From Takakia lepidozioides (taxonomy: Eukaryota; Plantae; Bryophyta), in contig CM060732.1 in NCBI GenBank assembly GCA_030704615.1, positions 50,592,001-50,656,000 of the forward strand: a stretch of 64,000 nucleotides of DNA, read 5' to 3'. Positions 23,356 through 36,310 of the stretch are shown here, one piece after another. Position numbers and translations under genes: made by a program. Under the pieces are notes generated by a model. That model worked only from the letters and a program-made list of their open reading frames with translations, did no database searches and was not told the origin of the DNA. How positions within the stretch are numbered: position 1 is the first letter of the stretch; the number at the start of each line of letters is the position of its first letter.

Positions 23356-26300
23356 GAACTGTCCCCGTGTATCTATTGTACCATCACAGGATCGGCACGG
23401 GACAATGTGAAGAATAAGAGCTCCTTTTGTGCAGATAGCAAGCCTGTTTAAATTTGCACAGTTATAATACTGGTCACTTCCATGTTTTGCGAAACATGCT
23501 AGACTACATAATTGGTTGGGATAAGGATGCTGCTGCGCTTGACACCCTGCTGCCAGCTTCGTAGAGGAGAGGCTTTACGCAATTCATCTGCTGGATGCAG
23601 TCAGGCACGATGCATAAGTGTCTGCAGCTGAGTTGTGTGGAGCCTTGTGTGTTGCGTGTGTGGTTTATCAAACTCAAGTTACATGCAATGCTATCATGAA
23701 ATAGCATGCTGGCTTCTGAAACAATAAAATTTGTCCTTCTTTGAACAAAATATCAAGAGTCTGTCTGGGATGGTGTGACAATTGCGATTAAACTAAAAAT
23801 TGTTTTTCAAACAGACGCTCGACCTCTGACAGCAAAACGGTTTGGAGGTGAAATACTACCTACTACTGTTACTGTGGGCCAGAGGCACAATCCCTGGACT
23901 ATTCTGCGGCCCCGTAGAAACAAACAAGTACAGCGCTTTTTGATTCCTGAGTACGTATTTACCCATAGTTCCGTGGTTCCACAGCTCAGCACGTCTTATC
24001 ATAAACATCACAATTGTACCTTGTCTGTACATGCATCAGACCTGATTTGAGAGAACTGGGTGCCCACCAAATTGTCGTTGATTCTAGAATCAAGTTAAAC
24101 TCTAGAGCTAGGATTTTTTTTTATTCAGCTCTATTACGTTATGAACACGGTTAGACACTTGCCCTTCAACAATCGATTGAAATATTTTCAAGAGTGTGGA
24201 ATGGAGATGAGACACCTACAAGCTTGTCGCTTCTTGCAGCTCTGGATCTGACCAGTGCGGACCTCCGCTGATGTACTTACTTTTCCATTGCGTGGGGAAC
24301 TCTACCGTTGCATCGCTGATGTGATCATGCGTGCTGATATTTGTCGGTTCGACATCTGATGTAGCAAGTGTCTCACAGTACCGGTGGGGTGGTTGACTCG
24401 ATTACTCCATGACCTCTTCAACACGTCACACGCAACGAAGCTTTTCTGTGCAAGGAATCTCTTGGCATGTGAACAATGACTCACAAATTTCCAGAAATGG
24501 GGAAATTTAAAAACCACAGATTGTTAATGGCAGTAGAATAGTAGAAACAGGATTCTTCCTAATATTGGCATGACGATTATAAGCCTGTCATGAATCGCGT
24601 ATTCCAAATATGGAAAGTTCAGATCTCATCATTCTTCCTTATCTCCCTGACAACCTCTGATTGGCAAGTGCAAGAGAGATAAGCGTTGCCAAAAAGGAAC
24701 AAATCTTGAAAGAGGTACAGATTTGGCAAGGCCTCGTGAGCACGTTTGTGAGAAGGCCCTGATCGTTATGGCCAGATCATGCAACATGCTTCCCGATGGG
24801 CGGATTGGCTGCAATGGCGCTCCTCGGGTTGACTGCAAGCCCATGTTTAAAGCTTACGGATCTGCTTGTGAACCAATCTACCGAGGCCTACAAGATGATC
24901 ATGGTAAGTGCCCAGATTCAAAAGAAGTATGAAGTTACGGAGCGGAATTTGATAAGGGCAAAAGTGTATGACTCAAGACTGTCCAGAACGAAACCCAAAT
25001 GTTCAGGAGTGCCGCATCGTGTGGGAAGAGTTGGTTCCGGTTACATGTCCAACGATTATGTGGCAATGGTATGTACGCCATGACTTTCAGGGAAGGATTG
25101 AAGAGTTACCAGGTGAGCCGTCTTTAAATCAGGCGTCAAGTGGGTGCCTAATGCTGGTTCGGGCTGCCCATTGTAGCGGCGGAAGTGCTAAAACAAGAGC
25201 TAGAAGTACGTGAGAGATGAAGGTTTCGATGTAAGAGGTGAAGGAGTTTGCAAGCAAGACTTGAACAGACCTGAGAAAATGCTGTTCAAATGATTTCTTC
25301 TCAGAGGGTTTCTGGTCTGCGGTATGTCGCCTATTATGGTACATGGTGAGCATTATGCTTTTCAAATACGAATTTCACGAAGGAGCTTGGTGTTATGCTC
25401 TCTATTGCAGGGACCTGTACAGCTTGTCGACCAGACTGCCCAAACTGTCGCACCATATCATGGTTGGCGATCTCGGTATGGAGCCGATTCAAGCCTACAT
25501 GGGAAACGGCACAGATGTATGTACCTGAAGAACTTACCAAGGACACTGGACTACAGGTTGGGTTCAGCAACACTGAACAACTAGTCTACATCCTCGAACA
25601 AGGGTGAAGAATTTTTGCGAGGAGATGAACTAAGCATCTGGGTGGGGTACGTCTTGTACCCCAAGCTGAAGCTTACGAAGGATGATAAAATTGAGACCCG
25701 CCGGGAGGCAAATTGGAGCAAAGCGACAACGATTGCCCTCATCTCCTAGTAGACCCAGGTAACAGACGCTCACGTAGATGGCGGGGCACAACTATTTGAA
25801 GGTCAGGCAGATTAATGGTTTCAGATTCTCTATCAAGCTCTATCTTCCTTGAACGGTGTCAAATTTGTCTCGTGCAGGCAGCAGGCATATTGGAGCCCAT
25901 GCAGGCGGCACTATCCGCATGAATTCTTTTCTGAGCCTGGGTTCTTCCTTCTGAAGCTCGTATACGGATCCATATTTGTAAAGACAAAGATTACACCATC
26001 AGATCTAAATTTACGGCTTCGTCGGACGGAGTTGCTATGCTCGCAAGGAATCCATGACTTCGACAATCCTGAGATGTAAATTAGGACCTGCCAGTGCAGG
26101 TGACTCACCCCATGATTTGACGGGGTGTCCTGGAAGCACCAAACGTTCACTTGTACATAAAAGCAGAGCGGGCATTTAGGCTACAGGTCGACTCCTTTGG
26201 GGCCAAGAAATTCTGAGGCCCTACCTGGCACATGTGATGCAGAGCTCTCATACGCTCATAATATACTCAGATGCACTGTTTCAGGATAAAGAGGGCCATC

Positions 26301-28730
26301 GAGATGTTTAACGCCTTTACTTGGACCAAGCTTCCATTGTAACCTCGATCCAAGCTGATCAATCAATTTGTATTAGAGGGCTCAGACACCAGAAAATTGT
26401 AGAAACTCCCTGGCCAAGTGCGAATTCCTTATACATGCTCACCGACCAAACTATACTTAATCTAGATACCGAGCCTGAGCCACACCAGGTCTGCAGATGC
26501 GCTCAAGCTCTTGCTCCTCTTTCCAAAGCAGCTCCCAAATGCGATTAATGGAAAGTCTGCAGGTGGGGCTGTTGACAACATCCGGCCAAATCTCCATTGC
26601 AAATTACGACTCTTGAGTCAGCCGACTGAAGAGATCACTAGAGAGATCATCAGGACTACCAACCAGACTCAGCACACACTTCGGTAGAGACTAGTTACAT
26701 ATGGACACATCTTGTATCACTGCACTGGCATAAATGAAACGTTTCACATATCCATGTTTTCATTTTGACTGCACTACGTCATGCACACACTACATGTTGT
26801 TCCAGGACTCGAGAAATTTCTCTCCCAAGGAAATATTGCACTACAGAGTTCTTTTAGCACCATTGGGTAGAAATAGATTGCAGGGAAGGGAAAGGGCAGG
26901 GAAAGGGCAGTGAAGTTGAACGGACAACTCCAAGACCTCCACTCAATCCAAGCTCTACCTTTCGGCCACTCCGGTGTTCTCAAAGGTGTTCTCACGAGAT
27001 TGTCGCATCTTGGAACTGATCAGTTGTACCTTGGGATATTTGGGGACCACCACGACAGCTGCGTTGATGTATGTGCAGCAGCGCAAAAGCAAAAGAGAGC
27101 CACTCGCAGCGTCGCTTGCATGCGCAGGACGACTGTGAGCTCAACACATCGCCCAGTGTTTAGCGCACTGAACCGCACCACCATTACGTAGCTTAGTACC
27201 CTAATCATACTCTTGCCAATATCATTCTCGCAACCCTTTTTTGTTGATCCTCCCATCAGTTTCACTGGGCCTGGGATTACCTCCATGAGGCTAGTTCAGA
27301 GATCTAGTTTGTGGGTTACTTAGGTGAGGGGTGGTTTAAGTAAACCCATAAGTAGGATTTGTGGTGGGCTAATCCAGGGCTAATCCAGGTTAAGAATCTG
27401 CTAAGCTTGCTATGGGGGGGCTATGGTAGCTCAAGCATCTCTCGCCACCCGCGCCGCTGGGTATGTACTTGAGCCATGGACTCTTCTTCCCATGCTGCTT
27501 GGGACCCTGTTCCTAATTCTACCGGAGATTCACAACGCCAGGTATACTCCCGATCCATCTTCTTCTCCGTTTCATTTTCTCGGTACACACATGTATCGTC
27601 GTTGCTTGAATTGCTGCAAGGTGTGAAAGCACGAACCCCTTCTTGTCTTCCGGCCTGTGTATGTGGAGAAAATATTCCAGAATTAGCTCAGATTTACGGC
27701 TATTGAGGCGGGGTGGTATAAATTTCCTTAGTAGACATTGGAGTGTTTTGAGCACTTGTCTGTGGTGTAACCTAGGTACGAGCTGAGGGTTGATGGAGCT
27801 AGAGCTTAGCGACGTGGATTAGAAGGAGATTCTTTCAATTAGGGCACGGATGTTGGATAACAATGCTTGGCATGTCGGAATCTTTAATTGTTGCAATGGT
27901 TTTCTTCCAGAACAAGAGAGTGCGTGCAAGTACCTTCGGTGATCAATCCCTGCCATTGACGGCCTGCTCACCTCAGGTTCCCCTCTGCCCTTATCTGTTC
28001 TCTCTGTTCCTCCCTTTTTCAATCAATCGCCATGACTTGCTTCTCTCTGTTTTTGCACTCGTGACCATGAGATCGTCGAGCACTTCTATTCGATTAAGTA
28101 GGTATCATAGAGTGTTAATGCTGGAAGCAGCTACAAGCATATTTGTGGTTAATCGACCTCACAGCATTGACAAGGACGACGCGGATGATTAGCTACGTAG
28201 GAATTTTCGTTAAGTGTCCTGGTACACGGGATATGAGGCACGCTTTTGGTATCTGAACTGCGTTCACCCGTCCACTCGGAGAAGTGTTGTCTGAGCTTCA
28301 AAGGGCCATCAAAGAAGCATAGTTGCAGGTTCACTTCTAGTATGGTCCAGATCAATCTTGCAGACCATTGTACTATTGTCGGTCATTGAATCAGAGGGGC
28401 TTTACATCAATCTAAGACGAATTGAGAGTAAGCCTTGACACTAAGGGTTTACCTTCTGAATGTTGTGCATGCTTGGGCAATTGCCCAGCACTGCCCCATT
28501 CTTAAGTTAAATAGATCATGAATTTGAGTCTGTGGCTGTGGAATGTTTTGTTTCGGATCTCAAAAAGGTTCCAAGAGGCTGACGGTAGAAACCCCTTGCA
28601 CATAACTTGTGTCTCAGGGAGGTCTGGCTTTTATGCTTGTGTAATATCCCAGAAGTGGCCAAAATTGACTTGACTATTGGGCGGGGAATAGCAGGGAGGG
28701 CTGTGTGGTGGCACGAGTGATGAAGGCTGT

Positions 28731-31680
28731 ATGCACAGTGATGTGAGCACAACCGACTCTTCCCATGTGCAAGGGTTCTCAAGCTTGACCACAATGCACA
28801 GTTCTTATGAGCCTAGTTGCTTTTCAGCTTCAGAAGAACTCTGTGGTCTGCTCAACAGTCCAAATGGAAGTCCCAAGCCTTCGGTAGTAACAGCATGCAG
28901 GTCAGTCAAGCGATTAATGAAAGACCTATTTAAGGCAGACTAATGTGATTGCTTGAATCTCCTACTTGCATTTCACGCCAGACCTGGGGCAAGCATCTCG
29001 ATTCCAGCGTTGAGGTTGTGGCTGTGGTTGGTGTGGGTATAACTGGTTCCATGGAAGGCATGCTTTTCCTGGATATGGCAAACATAGCTCACACCTTTAC
29101 ACATTGGCTCATGTGTTTGATCCAACTCACAGATGTTCTGGTTTCTAGTTTGCACTCCGCATCTTTTGTGCAGAGTTGAGAGTCAATTGGACTATTGGAA
29201 TGTTCATGCATGATTTTATCTTTGTGCAAGCACTAACAATTTAAGGGCTTGAAAATACAAGAGTGAGTAGATATCATCTCTGTGGCCAACTCCCTGCAAT
29301 CTTTGGTGAGGGTCTCCTTGAGAAGGGCTAAACATAAGAGGTGATTTGCAAACATGATGCAATTCTAATCCTTGTTGGTGATGCAAGCTAGGTCACAGAC
29401 GAAGTTAGAAGCTGAGCTGATTGGTCATCATTCGGAAGGGAATCGAAATGGGCAGAGTGAGATTTCATCTGAATCAGCCTTTTGTGGTGCTCCATCTTTG
29501 CTGTCCCCAGACTCTTCTTCCAAAGGTAAAGATGTGCATTTTGAGTTGAAATTTCTAGAGGTCAGATCTATGTTCACATAATCGGGTTTCAGATATACCA
29601 ATACCATGGGTACGTCGCTTTGGCAAGCCTTAATCAAACAAGTACACTCTAGATATACTGGATACATCATCTCACAAAATTTGTTCCTGTTGTGCCACCA
29701 ATTGAAAGTAATGAGCAAGTGTTGTTGGTGGGTCTCATTATACTTTCCAAGCCTTCCAGGTTTTGTGCAAAACCTCTTGGGAGTGAATTAACCTTTGGGG
29801 ACTTGAGTGCAGAGCATGCTTCAGGGACAGACTCAGCCGTAACCCTGACTGATGAGTCATGGGACCCAGAGATAACCGACAAGAGCAACATGGCCACAGT
29901 GCAACATAGAGAAGTGAGCAAGGCTGGTGGTCCCACTGTCTTTGTTTGGGACCTGGATGAAACCCTCATCATTTTCCAGACACTATCAAATGGTAGGTAC
30001 TCCGAGCTTTTCAATGGCACAAAGGATCCAAGGGAGGCTTTGATACTTGGGCGACGATGGGAGAAACTTATCCTACAAGTTTGTGACAGCCATTTTTTCT
30101 ACCAACAGGTCAATCCACACCACCTGCCTAGCTGCTTTTACCTCCCCAGGGAAACCAGCAGTTGAACTTGGTGATTGTCTACTTATGTTCAGGGTCCAGG
30201 GTTATAAATATGTTTTCACTTATGGGAGTATGGGAGTGTGCGCAAGCAGACAGAAACTGGAAACGAACAATCACCATGGACACTCAAATCTAAATGCAGT
30301 GGGGATCTTGTTTTGGATCAGGTGGAGGATTATAATGAGCCCCATCTGGAGTCTCTGCAAGATTTTGATGACGGTATTGATTTAACAGACTATGACTTCT
30401 ATGGTGACAACTTGGGTGTGCCATGTGATGCTGCCAACAAGCGCAAGCTTGGTTACCGGCATCGTGTTGCGGGTGATCTCTACACACAGGTATGTTACAA
30501 TCATACCACTATGTCTCTCTCTCCCCCTCCCTCCCTCACTCTCTCATGCTTAGAAGCAAGCACTTGGATAATCTAGGTCCGTATATTTCTATCGTTTACC
30601 ATGGCACTTCTACTCCTAGTCGAGGAGGATCTACGTGAAGTGATGAGGGTGGGGCTCGGAGTGCAGGGTCTGGAGAAGCTGTTGAATGAGGAACATTTGA
30701 AGGAATGGCAAAACCTCTATGAAACAACTGATAAGTATACAGATGGCTGGCTTTCTGCAGGTGACTGTCCTTTTGGGGATTTGTGTGGCAGATCTTCAAT
30801 CTGTGCCCATCGTCTATAAGTTGTATAGGCAGAGCAGTACAACAAGATGCTAGTGTTGGTCAACATGTTGGGCCCATTTGCGTGCAATGGTTACGAAAAA
30901 CTTTCTTTTTGAATACTGCAGGACAGTTATTGCATTATCTTTGGAGGCTTGAGTCCAATTACTGTTGGCTAGTATATTGCCAAGTGGGACTGCAAAATGG
31001 AGGAATCTTGTGTCATGAGAGAGCCTTAAGTGGATTGATGGGTTCTCTCTTTATCGGGTTTCTAGGGAGGAAAAAGCTGGAGGAGTGCCAGGAAGCAAAC
31101 CGAAGAGAAGGACAAGATGAATCGAGGTCAGCCGAGACAACAGGGGTGGAAAGAGCCACAGATTGTCAGAGTGCTTGTGAGACACAGGCTTTGCTAAGCA
31201 ACCACAGTATGTTGGTGACATCTGGTACTCTCATTCCAAGTCTTGTGAAGTGCTTGCTCTTCCGACTTGAGCAGCACTTCCATCATCTAAACAGTAAGTA
31301 CTCGCAATATGCCTGCTTGGTTCAGCGAGGTACAGATCATTGGATTCAGGAGTCACTTATGGTTTCAGCGTGACAGGGAAGAACACATTACTTATGATAT
31401 ACTTTTTTATGATGCAGTTTACAGCTCCCGGGACGTTGGGAAGTTGCAGTGCTTTCAATGGATCAAAGAGCGATATCAGCAAAAAAATCCAAAGTTTTGT
31501 GTGATTGGCGATGGGATAGATGAATGTGAGGCTGCCTACATATTAGAGTGGCCGTTTGTGAAGATAAATATTGAGCCCAATGCCGTCCATCGCTTGCCAT
31601 CACTGTCCATGGCTTCCGTGGAACACTACATCAAGATTGTGTATGGGGGGCCTGATGGGCCTGGGATTCCAAACTTTTAA
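28731..31680 (+). CDS. EYA: Eyes absent (EYA) HAD-family phosphatase. Exons 28731-28900, 29392-29525, 29813-30108, 30322-30489, 30667-30760, 31066-31293, 31418-31680, about 450 aa
   Basis: Motif I VFVWDLDETLI, LGYRHR, TDKYTDGWL, motif II LVTSGTLIPSLVKCLLFRL, IYSSRDVGKLQCF and motif III IGDGIDEC. Exon phases are consistent. The first two exons are less certain. Confidence 0.93.
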
Positions 31681-32169
31681 TTGGAATCTTGGAATCTTGT
31701 TCCAGTTGTTCCTCTATCTTGTCTAATTGTTCTAAATTTTTTTTTTTTGGGGGGGTAAAGGGGGACAAGGCAAAGAACTGTCATGTTCTTGGTTCTTAGA
31801 GGGTTTCAACGGCTAAAATGATTGGGGAGAGTGTCACACTTTGCGTACGGGCAAAGCAACTGGATGAACCACCAAGTTGTAGACTACCCTTTTACTCGCA
31901 TGGTGCAATACTGTTGGTAAGTTTTACGGACTTTGAAGTGTGGCCCACCAAGCAGAAAAATACTTCAGCCTTTTGCTATCGAAAGACTGATTGGAGCCAA
32001 AACAATGACATACAGAGAAATATCATTGTATACCAAGTACTTAGTACATATGTTTCCCGGATTGCCTAAGTGGAGTTTAGCAGGCGGAGAAGATGACCAG
32101 TAATTGGTAGATTATCATGAACATAAAGGTTTCTCTCTTCGGTCGGTTGTTTGGAGAGTGACACATGTT

Positions 32170-32890
32170 AGTTTCCTCAACTGGTTTTGATCAATCATGG
32201 AAAACACTAAGACTCTTGGAGAGGTTCGCCGTTTCAACCAAACACAACTCTTTCAAAGCAATCTCTTCAAGCATAACTATCCAGAAGCCAGAGGTTTCCT
32301 TCTGGTGTAGGCAGTCTGTAAAGAGAGACAAAAATGACTGTAGCTGCAGTAAGAGGGATCACGTATATTCCAACAACAGACTTTGTTCCAATAATGGAGA
32401 CTTGGTTGCACATCTTAAACTGCACACAACTGACTTGATATTCATTCGTTCTTTTGCAGTCACCCTTTTTGCAATTCAGCTGCCTGCTCTTTGACAAGCC
32501 AGGCACCCTTCTCTGTCTTTGTTCCATCTCCATTTTCTGCTTTGTTCACAATGGGTGGCTCTTCCAAGTGATTCTCAATTTCTACCTTACTTGGATTAAG
32601 CTTTGACCTGGTGTATAGTGATGCATACTGCTTTTCGTGTGTTCACGGAAGAGCTTCTCCTATGGAATAGTTGGGGTGCCACTAAGTCTAGGACCATCCT
32701 TGACAGGGCTCCCTAATCTGAGTACTGTATGTACATTTTTGGTCTTGAGAAGCACTGGATGGAGTCGTCAATGTCTTTCAATTGGAACTCCACCTCTGCT
32801 TTCACTCGTAGTAGCAGGATCAAGAGAATAGGCCAGGTCGGGTCTGATTCTCTGAAGCAAGTAGGATGACATGACCAAGCCAAGAGGCAC
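32170..32890. repeat. About 720 bp segment with an inverted copy at about 44630-45362
   Basis: Colinear reverse-complement match along its whole length, e.g. GGTTTTGATCAATCATGGAAAACACTAAGACTCTTGGAGAGGTTCGC, with small indels. Confidence 0.93.
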
Positions 32891-33181
32891 AAGACAAGAT
32901 TCCTGGTGTCTTGAGAGTATAACATAGCGTAACAAGTTTGAACCACTTTTAGCCCAAGATTCTACCAATTTGGTGTTCGTGGCTTTTGAGTATGGCAAAT
33001 GGGTGGGTGGACAACACTGAATTATGTTCAAGTCTCGGCTTATCACTGCCAATCCAGTTAGACATCCCAAGGCATTTCCACAAGGACTCATTTGTGGGGG
33101 AGGGAATATGAACTAGCAGATGTGATCCTTTGGAGTTGGTGAGCTGATTGAAAGTTTGTTTGCAAAACAATGAAGTAACCG

Positions 33182-34716
33182 CTAGATGGCAGCATCCAAT
33201 CTAGGGTGGTATGAAAACCAAGAGTACATGGGATGGAAGTCATGAGAGAGGCAAGTATCCAGGCGGCGCCACGAATTCCGAGCACAGTTGAAAATGACAA
33301 GCAATTGTGGGCTCTTGCGATTGCTCAAGTAAATCATATCGCCATGCCCAACACAGTTGAATGACAGCAAACTGGAGTTGTTTAGAAGCTCCTTGAACAA
33401 ACCTTCAGGCATGTTTTGCACCACTACCCAATCCCTTATTTGATGCCGCAGCTCCCACACACAGACACCCTCTGTGACAAAATGAGGTCTCCTGCAAGCA
33501 TAGTTGCACCATCAGAGTTAAGCACCTTTTAACACAGGAATTTAGGAAACCTCATTTGATGAGATTCTACGACACCAATGTTTCTGACTTCCCTTAGGTG
33601 TACCCTCTCTTCAAGGGGTAGCAAGGCCTGTTTGTGAGCCATGATAACTTATTAGTTTTGAGATCTGTTGGTATGTCAACCCTAAGTGACCACATCTGTC
33701 AAAAGGAAAAGCACATTGAGAAACCCTTTGTGTGCACGACATAGATACTGAGGTATTCTGTTTGCTGTATAAAGATTTCAGATTTCAGAACTAGTTCTGA
33801 GATTCTGCATGGAAAAATCCAAGGCACTGCAGACTTACCTGCCAAAACCCCCCACCATCAAAAGCCGGTCCTGGCATCCCACCACATGTGGGCATGTCAT
33901 GAAATCAGGGATTGGCACATGGACCTTGCTCCAGACCCGTTGCTCCACATTGTAGGCATAAACCCCATAAACACCAATGCGGGTTTCCCATGTCATGAAA
34001 TAGAGCACACCATTACAGAAAGCATGGCCTGTTGTGATCCCATCTTCAAGGCCCTCTGTCAGCATCCAGAGGTTAGTTGCTGAATCATACACCTCTGTCC
34101 TCAACACAACCCCGTCACTGTACACTGGGGCCAGATTGCTACGAACAATTATTTTGTAGGCTTTTGATTGTCTGTCAACAACCAGGCCTAGGAGACCATC
34201 ACGCCATCCTCCAAGCATCGGAGGCAGCTTCCTCCATGAGCTGGTCACAGGATTGCAAACACATACACTTGAAGCTCCATCTGCTTCGTGCAAGCGGAAG
34301 ACCAATAGGCCTCCGGCCACGGTGATATCTGAAATATCAAACGGAAGAAAGGAGAGGGGTATGTTGTGCCACTTGTTTTCTCCTGGAATGTAGGCTGACA
34401 CAACTCGGTAACCCCGATCTGCGAAAATTAGAATCCATGAATCCTTTGGAGGAATTTGGGTGCAGAGTTGAATGAAATTGGGAGAATGCATGAGAGTGTT
34501 CCATGATTTGCAAACGGCGCGAAATCGGAAAAAGCTGGGAAGGGGCAGCCATGCCAGTACTCTGTCTATCAAGTCTTCCGGGAAAAAACTCCACAGTGCT
34601 GGATCCAAGGCCGTTTGCAAAGGGGTTTCGTGGCTGCATGTCGCTGAACAATCCTCGGCGCTTCCGACAATTGTCACCGGTGTGAATTTAAGGCATTTGC
34701 TGGCCCCGTACTCCAT
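33182..34716 (-). CDS. F-box/kelch-repeat protein. Exons 34716-33839 and 33491-33182, 395 aa
   Basis: F-box LDPALWSFFPEDLIDRVLAWLP..FFRFRAVCKSW, then VCNPVTSSWRKLP and TEVYDS, with C-terminal YHPRLDA. Phase-2 intron AG|GTAAGT...CAG|G. Confidence 0.92.
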
Positions 34717-35388
34717 TTGTCTCACCGACTGTCTTCGCACCACTTGTGCTGGTTGAATGAGATGTCTCCGACCTCAAACAGGTTTTGAAGGGAGAGATTC
34801 AGAAGTAAGATTAGTCATTGTAAGAACAGTCCAGGCAGGTCTTTCCCCATGAAATCTTCTAGTGATAAAGGAGTTTCTGGAACCCCGCTTGTCCCCCATT
34901 GCTTGCAATCCCCATCGACACTTTAATCAAGACAGCCGCAGCTGTGGGTTGCTCGTCATTGCCGCAACATTGGATGCCCTGTACCGTACTATATTCAACT
35001 CACCCGATAGACCATTGGACCTGAATCACCGACGAGTCAGTGTGTCTGTCTGAGAGAGAAAAGAACAGGGTTCTTTGGTTGCACCCATTGAGAGAGGATG
35101 AGAATGGGACTGATAAGAACCCAGTCCTGGAAAACACCTGGTCTCGCCAGATTGACAGAGAAAGAAGACGAAGGGGCCGCATGGAAAGAAATGCCTGAAT
35201 TGCAGTGGGGCAGATCCACCGATCGGGAATCGCTGCGGCTCCAGGGTTCCCTGAGGTCCACGCTGGTTCAGTTATTCGCGGAATCTCGGTTGTTTTCTTC
35301 TACCGTCCTGCTTCTCGGCTCAGAATTTTGTAGCCTCGTAATGAGGCTGGTCAGACGATGGGGCCCGCCGCCTCATTAATATAGGAGC

Positions 35389-35547
35389 AAACTACCTTCA
35401 TGCGTCCAGGACTTAGAATTTTTTTGGCATATGAATAACTACCTCCATGCAGGTAGTTTTAGGATTTTTTACATGAAGATAGTTGCAAAACCAAGCTGAA
35501 TTACCTGCATGAGAGTAGTTACATACCCACCTCCATGGAGGTAGTTA
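35389..35547. repeat. Cluster of about 5 imperfect palindromes, consensus AACTACCTCCATGGAGGTAGTT
   Basis: Variants at about 35389, 35437, 35469, 35500 and 35529. Confidence 0.7.
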
Positions 35548-36310
35548 TAGTGCCAACCACCGGAACCGCGTTCAGAGAATAGACCTTAAGACGTGCATCG
35601 CCACATCACAATCGACCTACCACCAAACCACAACCCTGCCGCTGTGCTAATGACACGTCGCTTGTTTTTGAAAACTAGGGCTTCGCGTTGCTCCGCACTA
35701 CTAGGGACGAATTTTGAGAACTACGTTCAATTTTCACAAAAAAGGGGTGGGTCATCCCCACAGTGTTACATACAGAGATCCTGTGTTTTGTTTTTTTCTG
35801 GAAGAAGAATGGAGGATCTGCATTTCAACATTCAATTTTCACAAGCCGCATCAATCAATAACAACATACCCAAATACCCTTACATTCACTGTATGAACTT
35901 TCAAGCATCCACCATGGGATTGGATCTTGGTGGGTTAAGGCTAGCTTTTGACAATATTCATGCAAGTTCATCAAAGGCTCCATCCAAAGCCACACCACGA
36001 GAAACAAACAAACATGTCCAAATTTAAGATGCTGAACAAACTTGTGCACAGGGCTGCCCCTCTCATCAAGCTCATTAAAATTCGTATTCACTTCCATCTT
36101 CAAGCTTTGGAGAAGCTCCACCACCCAAACCCAGAATTAGGACAGCACCAGAATCAGTCAAAAATCACCCCTTCAGTCAAGTGCAATTGTGGGCTGACTT
36201 CCCACCTATGCCGGGTAGACCCCACTATCAGGAAATGGTGGATGGTCTGAGTAGCTACACAGATCAATGAATGAAGCAAGACACTAGCATCTTTCCAAGA
36301 AAACATCATT

